Below are positions 1 to 11,442 of a DNA stretch of 64,000 nt, piece by piece. The notes beneath the pieces were generated by a model. That model saw nothing but the letters and a program-made list of their open reading frames with translations, searched no databases and was not told the origin of the DNA. Position 1 is the first letter of the stretch. Each line of letters begins with the position of its first letter. The DNA comes from Schmidtea nova. Its lineage: Eukaryota. Both the position numbers and the translations under genes were made by a program. The stretch is from contig CM097883.1 in assembly GCA_044892505.1 (NCBI GenBank), forward strand, positions 376,030,001 to 376,094,000, given 5' to 3'.

Positions 1-321
1 GTGCTATATTATTGATTTTATTTATTTATTCTCTTTTATATATACTTCTAATTATTTATTTGTTCTTTGATTTCAACCACCCCTCTACTATTTTACTACC
101 TACTCGTCCTTTTATAGGTATTAAATTACTTAGAATTATCCTATCCGCTGGGTACGCCAGCGCTGCCGGCGGTTAGGGTAATTGGTCTTGGAGGTCCCAA
201 ATACCAAAGTTCGAAATTTGGGATTTTCAAGACTTATATTGATCACAATTTGTTTGATTATTTAAATTTAAAAATTTAGTCTAAATTTTTGCTATTTATT
301 ACCAATCGTTATATTTTATTT

Positions 322-326
<5 letters not shown>

Positions 327-378
<52 letters not shown>
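327..378. repeat. (TA)n microsatellite
   Basis: Perfect TA run. Confidence 0.95.
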
Positions 379-382
<4 letters not shown>

Positions 383-606
383 TCTGAGTCACTCCCGAGT
401 GGGTTTGTACAACAGATATAACAGAATTAAAATTTTTACTATACTTATTTTATTTATTTATTTTGTTCGTTACAACCTTTACTTATTTCTTTACGATTCA
501 TACCTATTATTTATTTATTTTAGTTTTATTCATTGTCTAATTATTTTCTTTAACTTTTGTGAGGGTGGGAGCGCAAAAGAAACATAAAACCTAAAATAAT
601 AATTTA

Positions 607-2745
607 TTAATTTAATACAATTTTGACTTTTCTATTGTCTTTTTTGTAAACTGCAACGATTTTCTCGAGTTGAAACTCTTCTCCATCAATTGAGATTTTC
701 TTTTTGGCTGCCACTATCTTTTTCGATTGTTGAATAGTTTTTTTCATGCGGTTTCAATGATCGACTAGCATATGCGATTACATGATCTTTTTCTCTTTCA
801 GCCTTTTGTCCTAATACCTCTCCCAAAGCAAAACCGCTTGCGTCTGTCATTAACATAAATGTCTTTGTGAAGTCAGGACATCGTAATATTGGGTTCATCA
901 TTAATTTTTGTTTGAGTATCTCGAAAACATCCTGCTGAGCTTTGCCCCACACGAATTTCGTAGTTTTCGTTAATAGCGTCGTTAATGGTTGAGCAACATG
1001 TACAAAGTTTCTAATAAATTTTCTGTAATAGCTTGCTAACCCGAGAAATTGTCTAATATCATCAATATTTTTTGGAGTTGGATAATCTTTAATTTTCTTA
1101 ACATTTTCTGGATTTGGTTGTAGACCTCTTCGTGAAATGATGTGTCCAACATACACTACCTCTGATTTTCCCCATTCACATTTTGATGGTTTGATTTTGA
1201 GATTTGCTTCTCTGAGCCGTTTAAATACCGTTTCCACATCTCTCATATGCTCTTCGAAATTACACGAGAAGATTATAATATCATCTATATACACCAAAGC
1301 GTGTGGAATATCTCGCAGCACAAAATTCATTCCTCTTTGAAATGTCTGGTGCACCTATTAAATCAAATGGTAAAACATTAAATTCATACAAACCTTTTCC
1401 ATCTGAAAACGCTGTTTTCCCTTTATCTGTCTATTTAACTTTGAATTGATTTATTTAAATCAATAACAGTAAAATATTGAGCTTTTCCCATTTTGTCAAA
1501 CATTTCCTGGGGAACCGGAATTGGATACGTATCTTTTCTTGTCACTTGATTCAACTTTCTATAGTCAATACAAAATCTTAGTTCACCGTCTTTCTTCTTG
1601 ACCACAACAATAGAGGAAGAAATGGTGAAAAACTCTCTCTAATAATATGAAATTCTTTCATAGCCTTTATTTGTCTATCGCTTTCGTTTTGATGTGCATA
1701 CGCAATTCTGTATGGCCGTAATTTAATTGGAGTTTCGTCAATTAATGGGATTGCATGCTCAATTATATGAGTTACTCCCAGGTCATACTCATGTTTCGCA
1801 AAAATATCTTGATATTTTCTCAACAATTTTGTAAATTTTTGTATTTGCTCTTGCGTCAACTCGTTGTGGTTATTTATATATTTTAATATTTTTTGGTAAT
1901 CTTTTATTATCGATTTTTAGGATTTTTGTTAGCTTTCCTAATTTCGTTTTTGGTTTTAATGACACTTCTTTGTCGTTATTGTTAGTGATACGAATAGGAA
2001 TTAACTGATCTTGAACTTTCACTACTTCGTCGCACATTTGAGTATCATATTTGGCAATCAATTTTTCACTTGGTTGAAATATAAATTCATCGTCTGAAAC
2101 TCCCATTGTATTCACATAACAAATAACTTCACTCTGAGGTGGAACTCTTAATGTTTGATTTAGAAATACTTCTCCCGTTTCATGAATAGCCTTTCCCGTT
2201 TTTCCTACAATTAGATTTACGTTTTTCAAATCAAGAGAGACTCCTTCCAAGTGCTCCAACACATCCATCCCCACCAAACACATTACTGGGCTATCTTTCA
2301 TTATTAGCGCATCATGAACAATTTCTTTATTTCCAATATTAAATTTTACACTGATCTGTCCAATGATATTTTACTTGTTTTTCGTCATTGATCGTACAAC
2401 TTCTTCTGTACTTTCTATCTGTGCTCTTTCCCCTGAATTTAATAATTTATCTGATAATATTGTATTACTTGCGCCTGAATCTAGTAATGCTTCGACTCTA
2501 TGTTTATTCACTTGTATCTATATTCTTGGCTGCCTTCTTTTATTTCCAACTGCCATTAACGCATAGTTTCCTGGTAGGCCTAGCATGTTTCTCCTTTCAA
2601 TTTCTGCACTAGTTGGTGCGATTTGCACATTTGTCAATTCAATGTATTCAACTCGTCTCATTTCTTTTAACTTTTCTACTGGATATATTGGTGCTGTTGG
2701 CAGAAAAGTCTGGGATGCATAATCGACTGAACGTGTCTGTTCCAC
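607..2745 (-). pseudogene. pol: Gypsy pol (protease, RT, RNase H) with stops/frameshifts and an internal deletion
   Basis: QPRI*IQVNKHRVEALLDSGASNTIL (DSG codons 2473-2481); PIKLRPYR; YIDDIIIFS; FLGLASYYRKFI; TDASGFALG...KNYSTIEK, then a switch to an unrelated frame ending at TAA 607-609. Confidence 0.9.
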
Positions 2746-2834
2746 TTGCTTGTGGTATCGATTGCAATAAATTTAGAGATTTAGATTTTTCCCGTATGTC
2801 ATTTATTTTAATTTTACTGTTTTATAATAATATA

Positions 2835-3353
2835 CGTGAGCACAGTTTTCTGATACCCATGTATTTCAATTTGGCGTGGGCTGTACCAACACTGATGTTG
2901 AGCTTCGTTGACAGCATTTTCATGGTGATTCGACGCTCTTCTTGGACAATCTTCTCCAATTTTTCATCAACTGTGTCAAAAATTTCTTGTGGCAGACCTG
3001 ATTTTTCTTGATCAAAAACGGAAGTGCGACCACCTTTAAACTCTCTGACCCAATATTTAACAGTTGTCAGAGATGGGGAGTCATGTAGGTAAGTTGACTG
3101 CAAAAGACCGTAGATTTCACTGCACGTCTTCTTCTGCAACACAAAGAACTTGATAACGCTGCGATACTCAACGTCTGAAATCATTACACCGACGAAAATT
3201 CAAAATGTCACAATAAAAATTTTAATGCGTTTGATAAAATAAAACAATAACTGAAATCAATACCTATATTTATTTATTTATTTACACAAAAAAACTAAAA
3301 TTTGTCATTAAATTTTTTTAACCTTTGGTCGGGTACTTATTGAACGCACCACG
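2835..3353 (-). mobile_element. 3'-truncated mariner inserted between env and pol
   Basis: TIR start TA|CGTGGTGCGTTCAATAAGT at 3353; transposase N-terminus (YRSVIKFF...WVREFKGGRTSV...GIRKLCSR); TA on both sides (3354-55, 2833-34). Confidence 0.85.
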
Positions 3354-3355
3354 TA

Positions 3356-5309
3356 TTGGAGGTACTTTTACTTTACCTCCATTCCCACTTTCGCTGTTCG
3401 AACTCGAATCAATTTCTGTTCCGTTATTATTTAATCGTGACTTGACTTTTCCCATTTCTTTATTGATGCTTTGTAATTACAAATCTTGGCAGAAATGGTA
3501 TACATCCGATAATCAGTTTCCAAGACAATCCCGAAATAACTTATAACTGATGAGTAGTTAGTATTGGAGATATTATCACTTTAATCACCACAAACATAAC
3601 ATAAATTCCAATTAATCCTGCACATGCTTGTCCCAAAAAACATGAATTTTCCCCATATCTTTTTCATCGTATTGTACGTTGCTTTTTTATAATGATCTGG
3701 TGTCAGTAAATAATCATAATTTACTTTGCCTTCACCACTTGGTAATATAGTATCGATCATTTTAGTAATTACTCGTTCTTCCTTTGATGGGAATAGTAGA
3801 TTTCTTCGGGCTTCTTCAACATCTTCTTGAGAATATAATCCAGTTTGCGCTAATTTGTCCAGTGATGTAAAATTTATTAAATATTCAAGTTTTGTTAATT
3901 CTAGGTTTTCTGGATTTCTCACTCCTTTATGATCTGGTAATGATATAGACGAATCTGATGTTAGTCGATATAAGGGTGTGAGCAATGGATTGCATTTCAA
4001 AATTTTAGGTTTCGCGTCTTCTTCCAACAATATTCGAGTTATTGGCTCCATGAATCTCAATTTACCATTAACACTTACTGGTAATTCATTGGTACATTGC
4101 TCGTACTTTATAATTTGCACGGGAATCTCGTTGCATTTGTAGCTATACAATGCTTCTCCAAATACTCTTGCAAACACACCGTTTTCTGATATTAACATAG
4201 GTGCTACCAAGTTTGGATTTGTGACTGCCATTGCCGTTCTGTTTCGTAGTATTTCTTTATTCAACTTACAATAGTTTAATATCATTTCTCTGTAAATATT
4301 TTCCATAATACTTTGACTATTTTGTTATTAAAATAATTTGTCAATTTGATATCCGTACTATGCATTTGGACTTGAGCTTCCTCCACTCTTTTCTTGGATA
4401 CATAAATTCCTTTATAATTGGTTTCATACACCGTTTGACACATTTATTTACCACGTTTTCCCGAATAAATCTCATACCATCATCTAATAAAGTTGACATC
4501 AATACAACTGGAGTTTTCTGGTTCTCAATGGAGTAATTCTGATTGTCATGTCCGGTTTTGCCTCCACATTTAAACTTTCCGGTCTTTCTCTCAACTGATA
4601 CTCACTCATTTCATTAAAACTCATTGTTTTTAAATGTATTAGATTACATAGATTTGTCTTAACTTCATACACCAAAATTGATTCTCCTGTTTGACAGCTA
4701 GTCTGCTTCATATTACAGAATGGATGCGTTTGTAACTTGCCTGTATCGTCATCAAAGGCTCCTTGAAATTCTCTCAATTCCGTCAAATACTCTTCCATCA
4801 CAACGACTTGATCAATAATTTCCCTATTCATTTTGTACGGTTCTCCTTTACAATCCCCACTAGCTCTTATCGTCCATTTTTCGATAATTGTTTCTCGTAT
4901 CGCATGATTCAATTTAGCTTTCAATTTAACCTCGGGACTAATTTTCACTTCCTCTGTTTGAAACGCAGCCATGCAATTTTCTGGATTTACACCAACTGGC
5001 CTCGGGATTGAATACATTTTAATTAATGGTGTGTGACTCCATTTGCCACAATAAAATACAAAGCTCGTTCTTTTGACAATGCACTCTCTTACAACTGCAT
5101 GTCTAAAGCCTGATTCTTGGTATACGTGATACTTTACGTCATTTTCCACTGTTGGATTCATCGGGTGTGCATCAGAACACTGTCATGTCCACCATGGATA
5201 AAATCTTCCCAATTTTGGTTTGAGAACAATCGCATGCAATTAAAGATGCCGTTTGTGTCGTAATCGCACATAATATTATGATCATAAACATTATAAATGG
5301 AAGTTCCAT
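3356..5309 (-). pseudogene. env: Envelope glycoprotein resembling chuvirus (Jingchuvirales)-type glycoproteins, frameshifted
   Basis: Signal peptide MELPFIMFMIIILCAITTQTAS, then LIACDC..SMVDMxQC, ECIVKRTSFVFYCGKWSH, GDCKGEPY..DQVVV, CTNELPV..RFMEPITRIL..CNPLLTPLYRL, GLYSQEDVEE..LLFP, IWGKFMFFG before a hydrophobic segment; order and Cys spacing match chuvirus-like G as I recall it. Confidence 0.85.
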
Positions 5310-5794
5310 GGGTTTGCTTCTCGGTACTCCTCCGTAACTTTCTCTCTTTTCGACTATTGATTCTGTTTTTTGTTTAACTAATTTCTCCCAGCCTCCATTC
5401 TCCTTTATCAACGTGCCCACATGTTTATAGAATACTTTGCTAGTCTTTTTAATTATTTCATCTCGTTTTTCTATGTTTAAGTAATCGTATGTTCCGATTT
5501 CTAACAAAATATAACTCGTAATTGTCAATACTAGATCACTATCCATTTTCCTGTCATCATATCGGTTATAACTCTATCATCACAGAACTCCATATTGTCT
5601 TTTGCGTATCTCAAGACTACACAAAGTCTCTTTTTCAACTTTTTTGCAATTTTCCTCACATATAATTCTACTTGTATTTTCTCTGCTGATTTACCATATA
5701 ATTCATTTGCCAGCGCACGTACAACTTTTTCCGTTTCTTTTAATTCATTCTGATTTCTATCATCTTGAAGTCTCTGTATTATTTCACATCTCAC
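5310..5794 (-). pseudogene. Bcl-2-like helical domain (BH2-type motif), one frameshift, in frame with the env signal peptide
   Basis: VGTLIKENGGWEKLV resembles BH2 (Bcl-2 LHTWIQDNGGWDAFV); amphipathic helices upstream; no clear BH1 NWGR. Confidence 0.55.
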
Positions 5795-6114
5795 TTCGTA
5801 TAAACTTTTGCGTTGTTTTTACTCCGTAGTATTATCAATCGCCATTTCTGTCATATACGCCTCATTTTTAACTCCAGTTTTTGTTACGTTGTCTTCCGCT
5901 TTCTGCTCAGTTTCATGTTTTGCTTCATCTTCTCTCATTTTTTGTTCTTGTATTTCATCCTTTTTATTCATTGTTTCACCACCAAATTCTGGTAATTCAA
6001 TTTTAAAAACTTTTCTACTCCGTCTGTCTCCACTTGTTTCACTGCAAATATATCATTAATAAAATTTTGTAGGGGATCTTGATCCGTAAAGAATCCATCT
6101 TCGTTAAGCGTTCG

Positions 6115-6300
6115 TGGTACACAGCCACAATCAAATAAATATTCATCATCATCTAACTCAAAACCTTTATACGTTAGCACCATTATTCCATCATTGCCCA
6201 TAATTTCTGTTGCTCTTCGTCGAATTTTACTCACTTTCGTGTACCAATGTTCATCCGTATATTCTACTCCTTGATCATTTATTTTTAATAGTACTACGAA
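6115..6300 (-). pseudogene. Ubiquitin-like domain 2
   Basis: TKVSKIRRR...LTYKGFELDDDEYLFDCG parallels Ubl1 and ubiquitin LIFAGKQLEDGRTLSDY. Confidence 0.55.
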
Positions 6301-6565
6301 TGGCTGATTATAAATTCCTTCTTCCCTGAATTCTTGTCCAAATTTTCGAATAAGAGTTTTTATTGTTTTACTATATTTGTTTTCCAAATTCACTAACACA
6401 GTCTAGAATTTTTAATTTGTCTTCCACTTTGAGTTCTAAATTCAAAATGTTGTTTAATTTATCAATAATGTCACCTGTATTATCTTTAAGAAATGCTTCC
6501 ACTAATTCAAATCTGGTTTCCTAAAAATCATTTGTTACTGTTTTCTCATTGGCGATCATGCTCGT

Positions 6566-6772
6566 TACTTGCATTTCATTTTCACCACCAGGAATTAATC
6601 CACAATCTACCAAAATTTCGTCATCCTCCAATACTCGACCCATAAATCTAAGTTCCACTGCCCAACTTTCACACTTGTGCATTACTTTTCTTTTTAGCTC
6701 GTGCACTTTCTCGTATGCATCGATTTTAAAGTTGGATTTTGTACCATCGAGAGCATTCATTTGGATAGATAT
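6566..6772 (-). pseudogene. Ubiquitin-like domain 1
   Basis: ISIQMNALDGTKSNFKIDAYEKVHELKRKV...LRFMGRVLEDDEILVDCGL aligns along its length with ubiquitin. Confidence 0.75.
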
Positions 6773-6793
6773 AGGATCTAGCTATTTATTTTT

Positions 6794-7168
6794 TCATAGA
6801 AATTGACCAAATATTCTCATAAGATCTTTGAATATATCCCGTTTTTCCACGCTTGCTGCATAACATTCTGCGCAAAGTTTAATAACAGTTTTAATTTTTG
6901 TCAGACTTAAAGATATTTTAGTTAGCTTTGTTAATAATTCTGTTAATTTCTGAGAATTTACATTTGGTTCTCCAACTAACTTTCTGATTTTGGCAAAAAA
7001 TACAGTACTCCTTTCACTTTGCATGCCGACTTTAGCTTTATTGATTTGTACTTTATCTGATTCTGATTCTGCTTCGCTTTCGCTCGACTCTTTCTTCGTC
7101 ATCATGTGGGTATCTGTTTCTTCATCCGATTCAAATTTGGCTATCAGTTTATTCACTTTTTGGTTCAA
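6794..7168 (-). pseudogene. Acidic linker plus helical domain (possibly TFIIS-N/LEDGF IBD-like)
   Basis: FFAKIRKLVGEPNVNSQKLTELLTKLTKISLSL...FKDLMRIFGQFL; same frame as the knuckle ORF and Ubl1. Confidence 0.35.
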
Positions 7169-7282
7169 TTTTTTAACATCGCTCTGGATCTTTTCTCGGA
7201 AATCATCTTTCTGAACATAAGCTACATTATTATTTGATGGATTTTCGTCTTGAAACCTTATTGTTCGCTTTAATATTGGCCT

Positions 7283-8420
7283 TTAAAATTTATTAGCATT
7301 TCTGGGACAGGATTTTGCAATATGTCCATAATTTCTACACAAATGGCATTGAATTTGTCCGTTCAAATTCACATTGGCTCTCTGTGGTGATGGTGAAGTT
7401 GATGGTGATCTCGATCTTGAAAAACAATTTCTGGAAACATGTCCTTTTCTGCCGCAGCGATAACATTGCACTTCATTAAAATTTGATTTAACATCAGGAA
7501 CTGCTATCCGGAAATTTGTTCCCCTATCGTTTGTACGATAATCTTGGGTGTACTATCAGAATTATTTTTGAACCAACACTGGTTTGCATAATGGCCAATC
7601 TTCTTGCAATTTTCACACTGAATCACTTTGGATCTCTCAGCGCCTTGAGAATTACGGCTTGATCTATTTATATTTACCTCGGTTCTCAATTTGGGCGATG
7701 GGCTTTCGATCGTTGGAATCTATTTTCTGGCTTCAAATTGTTTTGGGTTGGTGTGATTGATTTTTCTCTTGGAGCTGGAATAATCGCGAACATATCAGAT
7801 TTGTTTTTGGTGCTCTTTAGATTTAATTCGATTTTCATTGCCTTTTTAACTAGTTCATCAAAATTATCATAATCTACACAGCATAAAGCAGTTTTTATCT
7901 CTTTATTTATTCCTGACAAAAATTGGTCTTGGAATAGGTCTTGCATTTGTTGGGCTAGACCTGATTGTTTCAAATCTTCTTCAAATAATTTGCTTGCGAG
8001 GGTCTACAAATGATACGCGAATTCGCTCACTGTTTCATTTGGATTTTGAACTCTGCTATAAAACTTTTGACGCATTAATCTTTTGATATCTCCTCCGATA
8101 AGTTTCGCAGCTAAAGCGTCTTTCAACTTTGCCCAATCATTACTGATTAATTTCTTATCAATCTGTTGCCAAACCTCTCTAGCTGCTACTTTAAGATATA
8201 ATAGTAGTCTCTGAATCATAATCGCTTGAGACCATCCGTACGCCGTTGCATACATGTAGTAATCACTCATAAAATCTACAAAAAAACCGTATCTCCTCCA
8301 TATTGTTCCACAGGTAATTTTTGACAACTTGCAAAATCATTATTTTCTTTAACAACTAAAACTGGCAAATCTTCACTGTTTATTATGAGTTCCTTTTTAC
8401 TTTTGCTTCGTAAATTATAC
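7283..8420 (-). pseudogene. gag: Gypsy gag with three CCHC zinc knuckles
   Basis: RYNLRS start region; YGWSQ..QRLLLYLK..W..LKDAL; RVQNPNETVSEFAYHL; CENCKKIGHYANQC, CYRCGRKGHVSRNC, CHLCRNYGHIAKSC. Confidence 0.88.
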
Positions 8421-8649
8421 CGATTCACTTTAATAAATTATTTTCTCAAATTTCACAAAATCTAAATTCAAAAATTATCACAACAATCAATAATTTACCT
8501 TGTCACGATCTCGTTCAATGATTTCTCTTTATCACAATTATTTTCACTCCCTTTTTCAATAGATTTTTTTCCAATAATTCTCCACCAACTTTTATCTCGT
8601 CATATATATCACAATTATTTTTATTCAATAATCTTTTCACCAACGTTTG

Positions 8650-8667
8650 ATCACGCCGAGCTCACCA
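8650..8667 (-). promoter_or_regulatory. Primer-binding site, tRNA-Trp-like
   Basis: TGGTGAGCTCGGCGTGAT, 15/18 match to the tRNA-Trp PBS consensus TGGTGACCCCGACGTGAT, 4 nt from the LTR end. Confidence 0.8.
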
Positions 8668-8671
8668 AATA

Positions 8672-9811
8672 TGTTGGGTTCTGGAGTTGTTGGTGAAATG
8701 CTAAAAGTTACCAATCAACTATCTGACTCCAAAGCGTGCTTTTAAATGACCCCCATTAAAACTTTCAATAACACAAACTTTATTTGACTATTACAATGAT
8801 TTACACAATTCAAAATATCACGCTAAATTCAATACCTCTTTTGACAATTATACGAGCTTATTACGACACTACGTGAAGAATAGCCCACTTGTATAATGTC
8901 TAGAAAACAACAACTACTAACCACTGATTTGGATTAAATATTGGTAATGGATTTCGATTGTTTCCGCGCTTTGACTTGCTTCTTTCTCAATATTCTTTAG
9001 CTTTAAATTCTCGTCTGCTTAGCTTCCTTTGTCCTTTGCAACACAAATTCCTTTTCTGCAACTGATTCAATTAACAAATTTCTTTTCGTATTTCACTTCG
9101 AAACTTAATTTCACTTCTTTTCAAGTTCCCAATTTTCTCTTCCTACTTCAATCCAACAATTTGATTCATGTTTCTCAATATTCCACCTAAATGTTCTGTC
9201 TAAAATATTCTGCCAAAAATTCTGACCGCTTCTGCTGTGCTTCCTCCTTTTATATCTCGTCACTTTGTGGCACTTCGCCTTTGCCACTCCTGTCTCTGGC
9301 ATTTTCCATTTTTCTCCACAACTCCCATGTTGCTCCTGACAGTTCGGCACTCGTGACAACTTGCTTTTTCCCCATTTCTGCTTCTGGCATTTCCTATACT
9401 TTTTTAGAACTCCCATGCTGCCTTTGACAGCTCAGCACTCGAGCTACTTTGTTCTTTCCTTTTTCGCCGCTCCGGCCTGTTTTATTTTTTTGTTCCCGTT
9501 ATCTCTGACAAGCTGTCGAGATAAGCATATTGTTGTTGTTGTTATTTCTGTTTTTCCCGATTCTGAAATATATTCCGATTCTGAGCAATATTCCGTAACC
9601 CAATCTCATGGCTAAGCCAAAAGATATCCTAGGATCTATCCATACCATTTTGTCCCAGAACCCGGTAAATATACAATCTGACTAAACATTGGTGTCGATG
9701 ATCGAGCAAGTTTAAGGAATTTAAATATTGATGTGTTGAGTTATTTATTTTGAGCCGGTTTCTTCTCTGCCTCTTCGTGCTCCTATAATTGAAAATCACC
9801 AAAACCCAACA
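8672..9811 (-). repeat. 5' LTR (1140 bp)
   Basis: Inverted termini TGTTGGGTTTTGG...CCAGAACCCAACA; TATAAAAGG; AATAAA at 8784; homologous to the solo LTR at 42517-43597. Confidence 0.88.
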
Positions 9812-10662
9812 CACTAGATTTTATTGAATTCCACAATTTACCAACGATAAATCAATACAATTTCTAATTTCTGCAAAACATTCCGCATTCTTCTTTATTC
9901 CAAGGGTAGATTACTTTTTCTGATCCACTATTGATTGCTAATGTTGGGTTTCTGACAATCATACTCTTCCCACTTACTGAATGTATCGTATTCCCGACGA
10001 ATAATTTTACTTCGACCAAACTGGCGATCTATTGTTGTCTTGCTATTCCTTTTATAGTAATTTTATTGCGTCAACATATCAACAACTGCATTTCCAGAAT
10101 GGGGGCATAATGTAATTATCTCTCTTTATAATTGCATTTTCGCAGAATTAAGAAGATTGCTGTTTCTTATAATTTAATCATTTCGACCTGCGACTCCGAT
10201 AATTTAATTTTCCTTTTGTTCGGGTTTCTCGTTAACTCAGGTTTTTTAAATAACTAATAAATTAATTGTTATTTAATCAATATCTTTTTCTAGGAATCAC
10301 CCAATAACATTTTATTATCACATTCATACTCGTCTCTCGATTTGCCGTCCGTAAATATACCAATTTCCCCACGATATGGTAATTTTTAATTTTTCTTTAT
10401 TTTAATTAATTTTTTGTACTTATTTAACAATTGAAAATTTTACATTTTTCAGCCTTTTTATTGATTTGCCCACAATCTCTGCGCACTCTCGTTTCATGTT
10501 GAATCACTTTAGATGAGTCTCAACAAATTATATAATCTTTCCTACAAATTGATCTTATTTTAACATTCCCTGCATAAAACGCTTATTTAAAAAACTCCTA
10601 ACAAGACAATGTTCCCCCCGGTTAAATACGATTTTCAATCATCAAACTAACAATTAACTTAC

Positions 10663-10922
10663 TTGATTATCTAACAACGGTTTGCCGTACATTTTCCGTT
10701 GACTTGCATACTCCATTGTTTCCTTTATCACAAATTCTAACGATAATAAAGCGCTAGCAACAATAAACATCCGTTCTTCTTGGAATTGCATCATTTGATA
10801 AGCAAAACCCTTGCCTCGTTCTCCAATAATATGGGATTTCGGAACTCGAACATCATCAAAATATATTTGAGCAGTATCTGAGCTATTCATTCCGATTTTG
10901 TCAATTTTAGTAACTTTTATTC
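10663..10922 (-). CDS. Acyl-CoA dehydrogenase exon 6
   Basis: AG/GT bounded, phase 1 to 0; (G)IKVTKIDKIGMNSSDTAQIYFDDVRVP...QFQEERM...RKMYGKPLLDNQ. Confidence 0.9.
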
Positions 10923-11442
10923 CTGTTTAGAAATGAACTTATTCATATCTTAAGAAATGACTCTCTAGATAATGATTGCGGCAAGCAATGGCCATAATTT
11001 ATCTTATTTTAAAATAACAAAGAAATTAAAGAAATAATTTTAAATTAACAACTGGAACAAGAAACCAAGTTTTCTTTAAAAAGATTCGATTTTATCTTGA
11101 CAGTGAACTCTAATACAGAGATAATATCGGAAATAGACAGTATTTGTCTGCTAAAATCATGTCTTTGGTACACAAATCGCTAACGAGAAGTTTGCTATAT
11201 ATGAAAAGTTTATTGTTGATAAGGATTAACCCAGAAGTTCTCAGTCTTATCGCCATGCGGTTACAAATTACACGTTACAAATCTTATTTTAAATCATATT
11301 ATACCTACGTGATCCGCACAATAAGTACTTACACTCGACAGGAAATAATGGCTTTATAAAATAGATATTGTGGGGGGATTATACCTAAATATGAATAGGT
11401 AATGAGAAGTGGTTTAGGCTATTTATATTAGAAGTGGTTATA

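Larger units (their letters stand above)
607..9811 (-). mobile_element. Decayed env-bearing Ty3/Gypsy LTR retrotransposon (5' LTR, PBS, gag, accessory domains, env, pol; integrase core and 3' LTR not seen)
   Basis: LTR 8672-9811, tRNA-Trp-like PBS, gag with three CCHC knuckles, protease LLDSGAS, RT YIDDIIIFS, RNase H TDASGFALG, all collinear on the minus strand. Confidence 0.9.

Noticed and set aside
1-606. 3' LTR of the env-Gypsy element
   Set aside because: No TGTTGGGTTTTGG start or LTR similarity found; the ORF 399-587 is low-complexity and not credible
9111-9416. Similar basic ORFs at 9111-9416 and 42908-43240 as a conserved small protein
   Set aside because: Both lie inside homologous LTRs around the TATA box; the similarity is explained at DNA level and the frames are not otherwise maintained
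9812-10400. Coding-like minus-strand text as further ACAD exons or a second env
   Set aside because: No ACAD C-terminal motifs and no family recognised; multiple stops
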